Assembly (NCBI GenBank): GCA_028534125.1
Contig: CM052817.1
Span: 98,396,001 to 98,460,000, forward strand
Direction: 5' to 3'
Length of the DNA stretch: 64,000 nucleotides
Origin: Lama glama
Lineage: Eukaryota
Part shown: positions 1 to 12,290 of the stretch, piece after piece
Numbering within the stretch: the first letter of the stretch is position 1
Layout of the letters: each line of letters opens with the position of its first letter
Made by a program: the position numbers and the translations under genes
Notes under the pieces: model-generated
Database searches by the model: none
Told to the model about the DNA's origin: nothing
The model's input: the letters and a program-made list of their open reading frames with translations, nothing else

Positions 1-420
1 GATCAGATGGGAGGAGGCCTACACGCAGGTAGACAACAAGGAGACCACTGCAGTTCTCCATGTGAGGGGTGATGGATAGAAGCTCTGGCAAGAAGCACAG
101 AGGGGAAGAGTGGCACAAGAAATGTTATGGAAGTGGTAACCAATTGAACAGGGGTTGAGAAAGCTGAAGGGGTCTAAGAAAATTCCAGGTGAACAGCTTG
201 GACGATGGGTGGTGGCACAGTTCAACAATATAAGTAGTGCAGGAAAGGAAGAGCTCTGTGGAATAAGAAAATGGTTCACGTAAGGCTATGTGGAGTTTGA
301 TTTAACTATGGACCTTTCCAATGGGCAACTTAACGCCTGGATCTAGAACTAGAGAGGCAGGTCTGGGATATGGCTTTAGATTAGATTAGGGAGCAATTAG
401 TCATCAAATAGTTCAAGTCA
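1..420 (-). mobile_element. Degraded L2 fragment
   Basis: Purine-rich L2-like motifs (ggagaccactgcagttctccatgtgaggggtgatgg; ggatctagaactagagaggcaggtctgggata). Confidence 0.55.
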
Positions 421-434
421 ATGATATAATATGT

Positions 435-562
435 AGACTAAGCATGGGCTTTGAAGTCAGACAGACATGGGTTTGAATTCTAGCTCAGTCCCTTACCAGC
501 AGTGCAACTTTGGGCAAATGACCTAGTTTCTCTGAGCTTTAGTTTCTTCATCTATAAAATGA
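435..562 (+). mobile_element. MIR SINE
   Basis: ggctttgaagtcagacagacatgggtttgaattctagctc...tttgggcaaatgacctagtttctctgagctttagtttcttcatctataaaatg is the MIR core. Confidence 0.85.
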
Positions 563-1156
563 ACACAGCAGCTCCACACAGAATTTCTGATCTATTCTTC
601 AATTTCTAGTTTTTTTTTTCCAAATTCCTATATTAGTAGTACAACTTTAGCCCTCAAGGTAAGAACATTTTTTTAATTTCCTCGAAGATTTGCCAAAATC
701 CATCCCCTCAGGTTCTTCTGTATTTGCCCAACCAGTACAGGTCCTTGTGATTTATTCTGAAAGTCAGGATTGCTATTTACAAAAGTTTCTCAGGTGGATG
801 TGTGGAAATGTGTATAATTTCTTTTTAAGGTGAACGTTTAAATTCTGCGAGAGTACCCAGGAGTGTGGGAAGTGGAGGAAAGTTGCTTTAAACAGAGGAT
901 AAGCCAATAGCACAGAAGAAACAAAATCAGTGCAAAGATAGATGGCCCCAGCCTTAGAGTAAAAGGAGACCCAAAACTTGGGTTAAGGATAAGCCAGGCA
1001 TTTGTTCAGTCTCTAATCTGACACAATCTGAAATTGTCACAAGAAAAGATTATTCATAACGTTTTCTTAAACCAAAAAGTGTAGACAGAACTTTATTGAG
1101 AAAAATTATGGATATATTGACCAGGTGACTATCCACATTCAGCTTAACTGAATTAA

Positions 1157-2053
1157 AGTCCATTGATGGATGAATGGGTAAGAAGGTGTGATATATACAC
1201 ACAACAAGCTATTACTCAACCACTAAAAAAATAAAAAGAATGAAATCTTGCCATTTGTGACAACTTTGGATGGATTTGAAGGGTATCATGCTAAGTGAAA
1301 TCAGACAGACAGAGAAAGACAAATGCTGTATGATTTCACCTACATGTGGAATATAAAAAGCAAAACAAATGAACAGACATAATGAAACAGAAACAGAGTC
1401 ATAGATGCAAACAGGTTTTTGCCAGAGGGGTGGGTGGGGAAGACAGAAACAGGTGACAAAGATTAAGAAGTACAAACTTCCAGTTGTAAAATATAAGAGT
1501 CATGGGTATGAAATGTACAGTGTGTGGAATATAGTCAATGATTAGGCATGTATCATTGTATGGTGACAAATGCTAACCAGACTTGTGATCATTTTGAAAT
1601 GTACAGAAAATCAGACCCCAATGTTGTGTAACAGAAACTAACAGTGTTGTGGATCAAGTATACTTCAAAAACAAACAGACTCAATAGGATCAGATTTGCA
1701 GCTACCAAAGACAAGTGGAAGAAGGGGAAATTGGATGAAAGCAGTCAAAAAGTACAAACTTCCAGTTATAAGATAAATAAGTACTAGGGATCTAATGTAC
1801 AACATGATAAATATAGTTAACACTGCTGTACATTATACTTGAAAGTTGTAAGGAGAGTAAAACCTAAGAGTTCGCATCACAAGGAAATTTTTTTTTCCAT
1901 TTCTTACTTTTGTATGTACAGGAGATGATGGATATTCACTAAACTTACTGTGGTCATCATTCCATGACATATAAGTCAAATCATTATGATGTACACTGTA
2001 AAGTTATACAGTGCTGCACATCAATTACACTTCAATAAAACTGGAAGAAAAAA
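1157..2053 (+). mobile_element. 5'-truncated L1 3' end (L1MA9-derived/cetartiodactyl type) with doubled 3' UTR
   Basis: gatgaatgg...aaagaatgaaatcttgccatttgtgacaac...atgctaagtgaaatcagacagacagagaaagacaaat; agtacaaacttccagtt occurs twice (~1469 and ~1751); ends ttcaataaaactggaagaaaaaa. Confidence 0.9.
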
Positions 2054-2093
2054 TAAGTTTTAAACACATTATAACATTCCAGATATGCTTTAC

Positions 2094-2292
2094 CTTGGTC
2101 ATTATTCTTCGGAATCTTCTGCGTTCAAGCCACCCTCTGATAAGCGCCTGTATGACGGTGATCATTTTAACTATGTTTTTGGTTATTGTTAATTTTTTCC
2201 TTCCCCGGAACACTTGGAAGATTTCTATGTGTGGTCCAATTCTTTTAACTTTATTGCCAAATTTATCACTTTTGCTTGGAATCGGTTTTACA
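2094..2292 (-). CDS. IQCM: IQCM internal coding exon with the IQ motif (199 nt, phase 2 to 0)
   Basis: ttttatttttag|T GTA AAA CCG ... ATG ACC AAG|gtaaag. Peptide VKPIPSKSDKFGNKVKRIGPHIEIFQVFRGRKKLTITKNIVKMITVIQALIRGWLERRRFRRIMTK has IQxxxRGxxxR at 2121-2153; KVKRIGPHIEIFQVFR matches recalled human IQCM. Confidence 0.95.
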
Positions 2293-4249
2293 CTAAAAAT
2301 AAAACATAAAACTTTATTGTTAATAAGCAAAATAAACATTCCTAAAGTCTTAAATTTGTTTTGATGATGAATATATTGAAATAGGAAATACACTGTAATT
2401 AGCACATAGAATTCATATACATATATAACCTGAACATGCAGTAGGATTCTCCAAAGAAGGTTGAATATGCTAGAATCTGTATATGTATCAAATTAACCTT
2501 CTGAAGAAAGGAAATTCATAAGTAGGTAAAGTTGTCAAAATTCACCCACAGCTATACAAACGAGAGATACAGTATCTAAGGAACAAAATAATTTTCATAT
2601 GACAGGGCACATTAGTAAAAATAACTTTCTCATCCCAGAAGCTATTTTAAACTGAAGACTGCTTCAAAATTATCTGGCACTGATACTGTGCTTACCAAAT
2701 ATCATCTGAAAAGTAATTTTATTTTCCAAATGCTCTCAGTTGTGAGGCACGGTGGTGTATTGATAGGGTCATGGACTACAAGACATCAGGAAGAAGGCAT
2801 CATACCGGAAACCATGACTGATATGGATGCCCTTGCAGTGATGAGAACCACGTGAGAAAATGCAGACTTTCTAATGTGAACAGACTGTCTGTAACCTTGG
2901 TACTCTTGTGTCTGCTTTTTTCCTTTATGTATCTGTTGTATTTTTTCATATGGTAGTCAAAGTTTTTCAGTCTTCCAAAGTTCAAAGTGTAGTTTTCTTA
3001 CAATTCTTAGCATCCAAACATGCTTTTTTTCTTCTTAATTGCTTTTGTTTCTGCATCTTTCACATCTGAAGTTCCACTGAGATGCTCAGATCATTTCACA
3101 CACTGGAGCTGAGTCTTACCCTAAAAAGACCTCTGAATCCCAGTCCCAACTTTCTTGATTTCAAGTGAAAATCACTGACACTGCTTCTGCATTTTTTGTC
3201 TCCTCTGAGTCTGTTTTGATATTTGCACTAAACTGGTTCTTGTCGAGTCCTATTCTGTTTTGTACGTAGCCATTATTTTTCTTCCGTGTCAGAAGCCTGA
3301 TTTTGACTACTGGATCCAGCCATCTAGTCTCTGTTTGCTGGTAGATGGTAGATGACAGGGGATCTTTTCCATTTGTCTTTTCTGTTAGTTTGTCTTGAAG
3401 CTTGTGATACTTCTGATATGCTCTGTATTACATGTTATTTGAATACCAGTAATAGCTAAAACCATTTAAGAGATAAATTTGTACCCACTAGAATGGAGAT
3501 CAGCTTCAGATCAAGAGACTTTCCTAACAAGTATTCCTTGGAGATCCGTTTTGACTCCCGGACCCTCCTACTCCCAAGAAGCCACTACTGGCTAGAGCGA
3601 TTTACTCAGACACAGAAAACTGTCCTCCATATTTACCTTTGCCCTCTAGCTGAAGAGGTAGAATTGAGGCTGTTATTTTTCTTTGTGTTTGTGTATATAA
3701 ATGAAAAATGTCCTTTCCATGCTTGTGAAAAAAAGGAAGTTAGCTTTGTATGATGTTCTTGTAACTATAGTTCTTTTACATCTTTGGTTGGTTCTTTTCC
3801 TCATTCTCTCTCTTGAGAAACCTTTTGTAGATTAATGAGTCAAAAATATAACATTTTGTTCTGTGAAGAAATATTTAGATAGACAAAGCTACCAGAAGAG
3901 GCAAAGAAAACAAAGCAGTTTTCTTTTTGTTTGTTTAAATTAAGATTTATTTTGAATAGCTTAGAAAAGAAGGAGCTGTGCCTTCTAAAAGTATTTTTTG
4001 CTCGGTTAATATAACAATTTTATAAACAGGTCTTCATGTATGAGATTAACTGGGAATGCGGATGAAATAGAAATGATTCATTCTGGCTTTTCCTGAGTTT
4101 CAAGACCTACTGTAAAATATAAAGGATTCTGAGTTCATGACTTTTCCTCCTTTCTCTCAGAAAAGTAAGAGAAGTCTTCTAGAAATACCTAAATGAGCCA
4201 ACTTTATAGTTAAAGTTCCATGTTCTAAAAACAAGGAGTAAGTTTTAAA

Positions 4250-4652
4250 GGAATACGTGTGACTGACTGTAAGGTGATGTGTGATGTATACTGTAGAAGC
4301 ACCAGCAGTGGTCAGCGGAGTTCTGCTGGTCTCCTAAGTTGCCTTGAATGGCACAGAGTTCTTAGTCATGTACTCAAAAGTGCACATGATGCCGTACCAG
4401 TTCTTAGCATGTACCCCAAGAGGTCTCATACAGTTCCATTCTCATGGAATCCTCCATCTATGAGAACAATCCAGCAAGCCTCTACAGGATGAGAGACCAC
4501 ATGAGAAGAGAGAAGACGAATCCACCTGAGCGAGCTCAGGTTGTTATCAGCTGAGTCTGGACTGATCATCAAAACTGACTCATGAAAAATAATTGTTGTT
4601 GTTTTCAACCTCTAAATTTTGTGATGTTACTGTAGCAATAAATTACTGATAC
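4250..4652 (+). mobile_element. Old MaLR LTR (MLT1H/J-like)
   Basis: ggatgagagaccacatgagaagag and the MLT1-type terminus tgttgttttcaacctctaaattttgtgatgttactgtagcaataaattactgataca. Confidence 0.7.
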
Positions 4653-5261
4653 ACATATTTATGTTTATACCCAAAGGTTAACACAGTAACTGTCTAATTG
4701 ATTTTTAATGCAAGATTTTATTTCAGAGGTAGATTATCGCTGTCAAGTAGTGACACTCATGACAAATGCTTTATGCGGTAAATTTTTTAAAAACCTGAGG
4801 TTTGCCTCAAGTTTTGCCAGTTTTGCTAACCATGCAACATAGACATCTTTTTGTTTTAACCAACACCTCTTAGGTCATCTATGTTATTGAAATTGGCTCC
4901 AATAAAGCACTAAGTTAATGATATTAAACCAAAAGTTGCTAAACAAACTTATTTGGACACAACCATGCCTTATGAGTGCAACTTGACCACAAGGTAAGGC
5001 TGAGAAAGCAAACTGGCAACTTGTCTTTTCTCCATCATGAGCAAGTATACACATTAATATCTCACAGTCAGGGGAAGAAAGGCATCTTATATTCCATGAT
5101 AAACAAACACAAGTAATTCTCTCTGGAACTTATCTCCAAAAGAATTGAAATCTTTAAAAAAAAAACAAAACTATATATGTAAGGATATCCATCATAGTTT
5201 CATTTTATGATGGGAGAAATTCAGAAACAAGTATCTAAGGAAATTGTACTATATCCAATCA

Positions 5262-5312
5262 ATAAATTATTATGAGGTCATAAAATTATTATGAGGTCAT
5301 AAATTATTATGA
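5262..5312. repeat. Tandem repeat of ~19 bp, about 2.6 copies
   Basis: ataaattattatgaggtc ataaaattattatgaggtc ataaattattatga. Confidence 0.85.
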
Positions 5313-5769
5313 TGTGTATGAAGATTATGCAATAACCTGAGAAAATATTTATGATTTCAAAAACTTGTATCAAGAGAATAAGAGAAATTATATCAAGAGA
5401 TATTAAATTATATGCATTATAGGAGTGCAACATTATTTTCTTAATGATGTATGTAAATAGGGACAGAAAGAGAGAAGTCAAAACATTATTGGTGACTATT
5501 ACTATAGTTCTGAATCAAGGGTGGCATGAGAATCTCTGAGAAATATTTTCTAAGAACTCTTACTCAGGAACTGCCCTATAGATTCTGATTCATTAAGTCC
5601 CTCAATAAAACCCATACAAATCCCTGATTAAATACTAGGTTGTAAAGAAACAACACTAGTTATAAAGAAAAATGTTTACTTCTTGGTTTCCATTTTGTTT
5701 AAATTTGAAGTAGACAAATATACATTGCATAATATAAATGAAAATTATAATAACTAAATCCATTAATAC

Positions 5770-5950
5770 CAGTAATAGTGGCAATCTTTTATTAAGCATT
5801 TACTCTCAACACACTTTCTGCTTTAATCTGCAAAATAATTTTATTGAATAAATGTTTCTAGTCTGATTTAATAAATTGACACTGAGAGAAATTAGGTGAT
5901 GTCCCAAGATCATGAAGTTGTGATTAACACAGAATTCAAAGCCCATCTTG
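5770..5950 (-). mobile_element. MIR fragment
   Basis: ttattaagcatttac...actgagagaaattaggtgatgtcccaagatcatg...agaattcaaagccca. Confidence 0.65.
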
Positions 5951-6437
5951 AACTATGTATGATAAAATCAAGAGAGGACAAAATTATGTCATGACTTTAG
6001 AGAGGTTGGCACTGGCAAACCCCAATCCTCAGTGGTTAGAATGATTTGAGTGAATGGCTTCAGGTTTTCTTTTTCTTTTGTTTGTTTCAGAGATATTAAA
6101 GACAGTCATACCACGTATACTGACTCTATTACATAAATGGTCAACTTCATGCAGGATACAAGAATCAGTAGTATGTAGGTGTGACGAGGGAAATATATTG
6201 TGACTGTCAGATAAATGGAGGCAGAGTAACCTCCTCTGAATTAAAGAATGAGTAGAAACTATCTTTTGCTTACTTCTCCAAATGTAATTTTTAAATTTAT
6301 CTTCCTTCATAATGTCTTAATACCATTCTGATATGGAGATAATTATCATTTTTTACAGATTTTACAGTTATGATATGGAGATAATTATTAATTTTATGGA
6401 TTCTCAGCCACTAAAGAGTCTCTGTAAAACTCTTTTA

Positions 6438-6722
6438 GGCTAAAAGTTACATATTACAGTTATAAAATAAATAAGTCCTGGGGATGCAGTGTACAGCATG
6501 GTGACTATAGTTAATAACACTGTATTGCATACTTAAAAGTTGCTAAGAAAGTAGATCTTAAAAGTTCTCATCACAAGAAAAAAAATTTGTAACTATGAGT
6601 AGTGATGGATGTTAACTAGACTTTCTGTGATCATTTCACAATATATACAAATATCTAATCATTATGTTGTACACTTGAAACAAATGTGATGTTATATGTC
6701 AATTATATCTCAATTTTACAAA
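6438..6722 (+). mobile_element. L1MA9-like 3' UTR fragment with TSD
   Basis: aataagtcctggggatgcagtgtacagcatggtgactatagttaataacactgtattg...gttgctaagaaagtagatcttaaaagttctcatcacaag; flanked by aaaactcttt at 6426-6435 and 6723-6732. Confidence 0.9.
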
Positions 6723-9039
6723 AAAACTCTTTAAGAAAGTCTTTATAAAGATAAAAATGTCAGTCATTACAGGCTAGATATGAAACCAGTTTTTACCATA
6801 AAGAGACCACCCTCTTTTTCCCCAAGCCACCTTTCACTAAAGTCACTCTAAAAAGTTTAAGAGAAAGACCAGAACTGAAGAGCTGAATTTGCCTCTTTCA
6901 CTTGAGATCTGACAAATCTATGATCAAGGTATCAGACCAAATAGTTTTCAGTGAGAGGAGAAATCATTAAGCAAGATTACATGTGAGAAAAGAGACAATA
7001 AGTTAATTAGTAAGTTAATCGTGTCTGAACATTAGACACTGAGCTTGGCAAACATTTGAAGAGGGAATTTCCTTTCAACTGCTAATGCTTATACAATAAT
7101 ATATATTAAACACTAAATCAGTTTTAGAGTTTGGTTCAGATATTGCTACTAATTAGCTTTGGCTGATATTGAAGTATTTTGTATGCTCCATTTATAAAAG
7201 CACTCTTTGCCCATCTGTTCATAGGTTGAAAGTGATTAAGGGATACTTATTTTGGCTGTTGTAAAAGCCAAATACTTTTTAAGCTGCAAATATGTGACAA
7301 AACCAGTTCAGGCTGCCAAGTTCAGAAATACATTAGAAGAGATTTGTGATGCTGCCTCCCTCCCCTTATTCCTCTTCCAACCTGCACTATCGAAAAGTAA
7401 ATATCGTCACTTGCCTGATTAGACTAGCATGCCTGCTTTGTCCAAATGCTTTGCAATTTGGTTATAATTTACACAATTTACTCTGATTTGGATCCTCTGC
7501 TACCAAGCTGTGTCGAGGGCTTTCGTTTCCTGTACGGGCAGCCTTGAAGTGGAGACATGTGATGCCCTTGTGCTTTGAATGCTGGATCTGAAAGCAGCTT
7601 GGCTAACGAGTGAAACAAGTTTGTGGCCTACTTTAATGTCCCATATGAGGTCTGTTCAGTTTAAAAACAATGCATTAAATTCAGCATGGGCGGTAGAGGT
7701 TTTTAAGAACAGGGATATAATACATTTCCATGATTAATACTGTCTCAATGTTATTTATTTGCAAATCTTGCCAAGGGTTTAGTACTTCATGCTAGCAAAA
7801 CCTGTTCACTTAAAAAATCAGAGCAGGGTTCTTGAAACTTTTAAAAATCAAATGCAATCCTCCTGAAATGTAAGATAGAATCACTTTAATTTAGACAAAA
7901 TTTTAAATAGTTTAAATATCTGAATGTGTTTTCTTCTGGGCTTTCTCTATGCTTCTTTTGTGTTCTGATCATTCCTCACAATGCTAGCCTGCCTTGACCC
8001 AAAACAGCCAAGAGATCTCTTATTTTTGGAGGCCCCAGTTCCACAGCAATCTCTTTAACCAGATCATATTAAAGGGTGGAGGCTAATATTCTATTTGAAG
8101 CCTCTGAGGGTACTTGCCTTAAACAGTCACCTAAAGTGCTCTAACTAGTACCCATCCAGAAATGCAAATGCCACACTGGGCTGGGAGTATGTCTGCTCCC
8201 TGCCCCACCTGATTTTCCTAGGAAGACATCTCTCAGCCCATTATGTCAGATTTCTGGAAAGACGGATTTTGTTTTTGCTGCTGCTGCTTGGTTTGAATTT
8301 TCCAACAGCTCTTCTTCAAAATAAGAAAGAGATTTTTAAATTCCAAATTCAGTTTAAAAAAACACAATTATTCTTTCTCTTATGTATAAACATTCTGGAG
8401 GAGAACTATTTATTATGAATTAAACTGAAATTATCGTTTCACACAAGAGAAAAGCATAAGTGGAAAGGAAATACAGGTTTTGTTCAAACTTAATGGACTC
8501 TGACTTTATGGGCAAGATAATTACGGTGCACTTCCAGGGAATTCTCTTTAATACAAACAGTTAAAACTCCTTTTTATTGTGCCTACGTGTTTCATCTGTA
8601 GGACACTGAAGAAAACTGCTCCTGAAGATGTCTGTAATGACCTGGGCGTTTATGCCACAGGTGTAATGGGAGCTGATTTTACTGTGGCACAGTGACCACA
8701 GTTCTCCATTTTTCACAAGCTTGTCTATGGAATAGGGAACACAGTGAGTTGTCTGCTCTTTCTCCCAAAACATCAATTTATGTCTCTTGGGATAGCCCTT
8801 TGCTCCCAGCCCAAACTTGAGGCAGTTATGGAAGAGAGCTGGCTCTACCCACTGCCGTCCGTCTCTCTCATATCTACTCAAAAAGAGCAGAAAATGAAGA
8901 CTGGTGCACAGATTCCTTCTCCCTAGAAGAGGGCTTTAGGTTAGGAGACAAACCCCCACAACAGTTCAGGTGACTGTAAAAACAATTCCTGATATTATAC
9001 TCAATATTTCATCCCCAACCACACATGTGTTTTAGAGAC

Positions 9040-10355
9040 TGTCATTCCCTGGAGTCCAGGAGACCCTCAAGCAAGCACACGCACAGAGCGACGGTCAGGA
9101 AGCAAGCTGAACTCTATTAGAAAAGCAGGAAATGTGGGCAGTCTTCACAGCAACCTAGAGAGGAATGGTAATTTGTACCCCTACCTCCCCTGGGTTCTGC
9201 CTCTCTACTCTCCCTCTGTATGAGTACTTCCATGAAAAAGTGATAGAAAATCTGATTTTTCCCTGCCTGAGACATTCACGCATCCTCATTTTACTTCTGT
9301 GTGCAGGGTTACTGTGTGTTCTCCCTCCTGTTATTCTGCTTGCTGCTCCTCATTTTCCTTCTGCTTCCACACAGGAATTGGTACCAATACGTTAGCTGCC
9401 TTCCCTCCTCAGTTATTGTTCATATCAATAAGGTGAAATTACTTTTTGTAGCAGCAGACAGAAATTTTATTCATTGGCCAACAAATGGAGGAGGAGGAGC
9501 TCTTGCTCTAAAAGCACCTTCTCCCCGAGTGTAGGCGAGGACAAGCTTTTTATAGGAAAAGGGGCTAAAAGGGTGGAGACCAGTGTCACTTAGGCTCATG
9601 AAAGTGGGAGATGATTTCCTGGAATGGGATCCAGGACTCTTTTCTGCCCCTTTATGGTCCTTTAGGGTTTGGGTCACAAGTGGATGGAACCAAGATGGTG
9701 CCCTCTGGTGGGGATTTTAGTGTTAAAATGAGATGACAATGAGCTGTAGAGAGATCTTTGTCCCAGTTTTCAAGTTCAGTCAGCTTATACCAGTTTCTTG
9801 TGGATAAGTCCTCTGGTTCTTGTCATGTAAACACAGCTAGAAGATATAGTCAGTTTGGTTTTCTGCAAGCTTTCCCAGAACTTGTTATTAGAAATAGGAT
9901 AGAGGGCTTCCTTGCTCCTTTGCCTAGGGCAGGGGTGCCTGTGTTTACTAGAGACAGTTTATGTACAGATTAGGGACCCTCAGGTGCTCCCCTGGGTGAC
10001 AGAATCACAGCTACACAGGACCTTCCCCTTGAATCAGGCCAAGCCATTCTTTTTCCCAGTTGCTGATTCCACGTGGTCAGTTTTTTCCCTGCTGCTGCAT
10101 CCTTTGGCAGACAAGGGTGGAGTTAGATACATCCCATGCACACGAGAGAGGGAGTAACTCTCTGCCAGTCACCACTATTCCAGGGAAGGGAGTGCAAGTC
10201 CCCAGTTCTGCCAGGAACCTAAGCCAATATGCAATAACTCAGTTTTACCAGAGAGCCTATCTCTGGGTGCTTGGCTACTCTTGTGTCCTCTTTGCTGCTG
10301 CAGTGCTTTGTTCTACCCAATCAGGTAAGATTAGGACAACCAGATGGTGCTGACA
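9040..10355 (-). mobile_element. Older LTR-like element (family uncertain) interrupted by a younger LTR
   Basis: GC-richer block bounded by tgtca (9040) and tgaca (10355); flanks of the inner LTR rejoin at a gaat duplication. No outer TSD seen. Confidence 0.4.
9379..10001 (-). mobile_element. ERV1-class solo LTR (623 bp) with 4-bp TSD GAAT
   Basis: gaat|tggtacc...gggtgaca|gaat; on the minus strand TATAAAA (9548-9554) precedes AATAAA (9466-9471). Confidence 0.8.
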
Positions 10356-11049
10356 TGCTGGACTCTGGACACGTTCAGAGCTCCAGGCTGCTAGCCGTCT
10401 ACTGCACAACCTGCTCCTGCTTGGGTACAAAGCCCTCTTGAGAAGGTCCCTGGCATGAGAGGATAAGTAATGGAAGGAAGACACCAAAATTCCACAATTA
10501 ACAACTAAGAGGAAGTTTCAAAGTTCTTGGCAGTGGTCAAGCAAGAGACCAGTAGTTTCTGAAGATTCAGAGTAAAGTAGACATTTTAAGGGCCAGGGAA
10601 ATAGTCATGAGCGAGGAAAGTTAGGGAAGATGGAGGATCAGCACAAAGGGCACACCAAGCAGCATAAAATGATATTAGGAAAAAAGTTGATGACTGAGGC
10701 ACTTATTTGACCTAGACTTAGCTATCTTTATTCTCTACTGACAGCACTGAGAAACAATCCTCAGGATGGTGGGACAGGAAGACTGAAGGTGCAGCTAAAT
10801 AATAACACTTGACTTAGAGGTAAGCGTGTGTTTTGAAACGGTAGCATTTCTCAGGAAATGCAGTACTCTGGTAGCTATTTTCCCAGATAGTTTGCTATCA
10901 CAAGATTATAGTGCTAGGATATCATTAAGGTGATTTACCACAGCTTTCTCTATTAGCTAGACAACCCTAGAAAAAAGCAACTACGTCATCCTAGGAAATG
11001 ACAGAGCTGAGAATAGAGGGAAATACTGGACATAGTCCAGTGTATCTTC

Positions 11050-11135
11050 CAGCATGAAACTCAAAGTGTGGTCTGGAGACCAGCAGCATCAGCACCACCT
11101 GGACTTTAATGGAAATACAATACCTCGAGCTCAAC
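11050..11135. mobile_element. MER5A-like hAT fragment
   Basis: ctcaaagtgtggtctggagaccagcagcatcagcaccacctgg. Confidence 0.75.
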
Positions 11136-11279
11136 TGTTTCTATTTTGCTCAAGAAGAACAAAAAATAAATAAATAAAAACCAGACTAAAAAGGACAGAA
11201 CAAGTACTAATAAGAAAGAACTGAAGCTCAAACCAAGGAAAAATGTCATAAACAAAATTAAAGCTGCTCTTAGTTAAAT

Positions 11280-11715
11280 TTTCTAGGCTCAGGCAAATAA
11301 TTTTCCAGATTCATCTGTTGATCTGCTGTCTTTGAGAAACTGGAGGATGAATGTCATGTAAGAATTCTGGAGAATAGCAAATGTCTTCATTTTCTTAAAA
11401 GGAAAGAATAAAAAAATTACAAAGTATGAGCCAGTAAATTTAATTTCAGATTGTATCAGTTATCAATTGGATGGTATGTGAGGAACTAAAGAAAAGTAGT
11501 AGTGGTGCCAAGAGCCAGAATGTATACAAAAAGAATGTCGTGCCACCCTGAATTCATTTCCTTTATTTTAATTTAGTTTTATTATTGTTTTTGTTTTGTT
11601 TTCACTAGATTGCTATACCAGGGAATGATTTATGATGTTTCTGAATTTCAGGAAGGCAAATTTCAAGGTTCTTATAAAATCTTTGTAAACAAGGTAGAGA
11701 ATAAAGGCTGACTGA
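11280..11715 (+). mobile_element. CR1/L3 LINE ORF2 (reverse transcriptase region) fossil
   Basis: Translatable remnants WRIANVFIFLKGK, YEPVNLIS, VCEELKK, AKSQN, SCHPEFIS, FLNFRKA parallel the CR1 motifs WRRANVTPIFKKG, YRPVSLTS, SQHGF, SCQTNLISF, YLDFSKAFD in order. Confidence 0.8.
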
Positions 11716-11962
11716 GTAGTTTTGGGTGATAGAGTGGATAGTATCATTACTGGTAAGAGAGGGAATACAGGAGAGAAGACACAGGAGAGAGAACACATAA
11801 TTATTTCAATTTTGAGAGATGGTTATGGGATATTCCAGTGAAGAGACCTAGGAAGCAGTAGAAAGTCTGAAATAGAAGATATAGATGCCTGGAAAGTGAA
11901 AAAGAAGTTCATTTGAAGGCAGAGACAAGATCCAAAAATTTAATTCATGCATTAAATGTATA

Positions 11963-12290
11963 TTCATTCATTCATTCATTCATTCATTCATTCATTCATC
12001 TAGTATATGATTCTCTTCTAGGACTGAGGAGTCACTGGTAAATAAAACATAGAAAACTCCCTGTCCTCATTAAGCTTATATTCTATTGGAAGAAACACAA
12101 TAATCAAACAAGCTAATTATAGAGTATCTTAGAAGACAATGTGTGCTATGATAAAAAAAAAAAAACAGGATAATGCAGTTAGGGTATGCTAGCAGGTATG
12201 GAAGATACAATTTTAAATAGTGTCATGGCAAGTGTAGGATTATTGAAAAGGTAACATGTGAGCTAATTATTTGAGGCAAATATGATAAGG
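11963..12290 (-). mobile_element. L2 3' end with expanded (TTCA)n tail at 11963-11999
   Basis: (ttca)n followed by taaataaaacatagaaaactccctgtcctcattaagcttatattctattgg. Confidence 0.8.

Noticed and set aside
2011..2364. 117-aa hydrophobic + strand ORF
   Set aside because: Antisense shadow of the IQCM exon, starting in L1 sequence at a non-ATG codon.
6329..6388. 18-bp direct repeat tgatatggagataattat (similar small duplications at ~23608-23641 and 27980-28013)
   Set aside because: Two-copy local slippage duplications; not CRISPR-like or otherwise structured.
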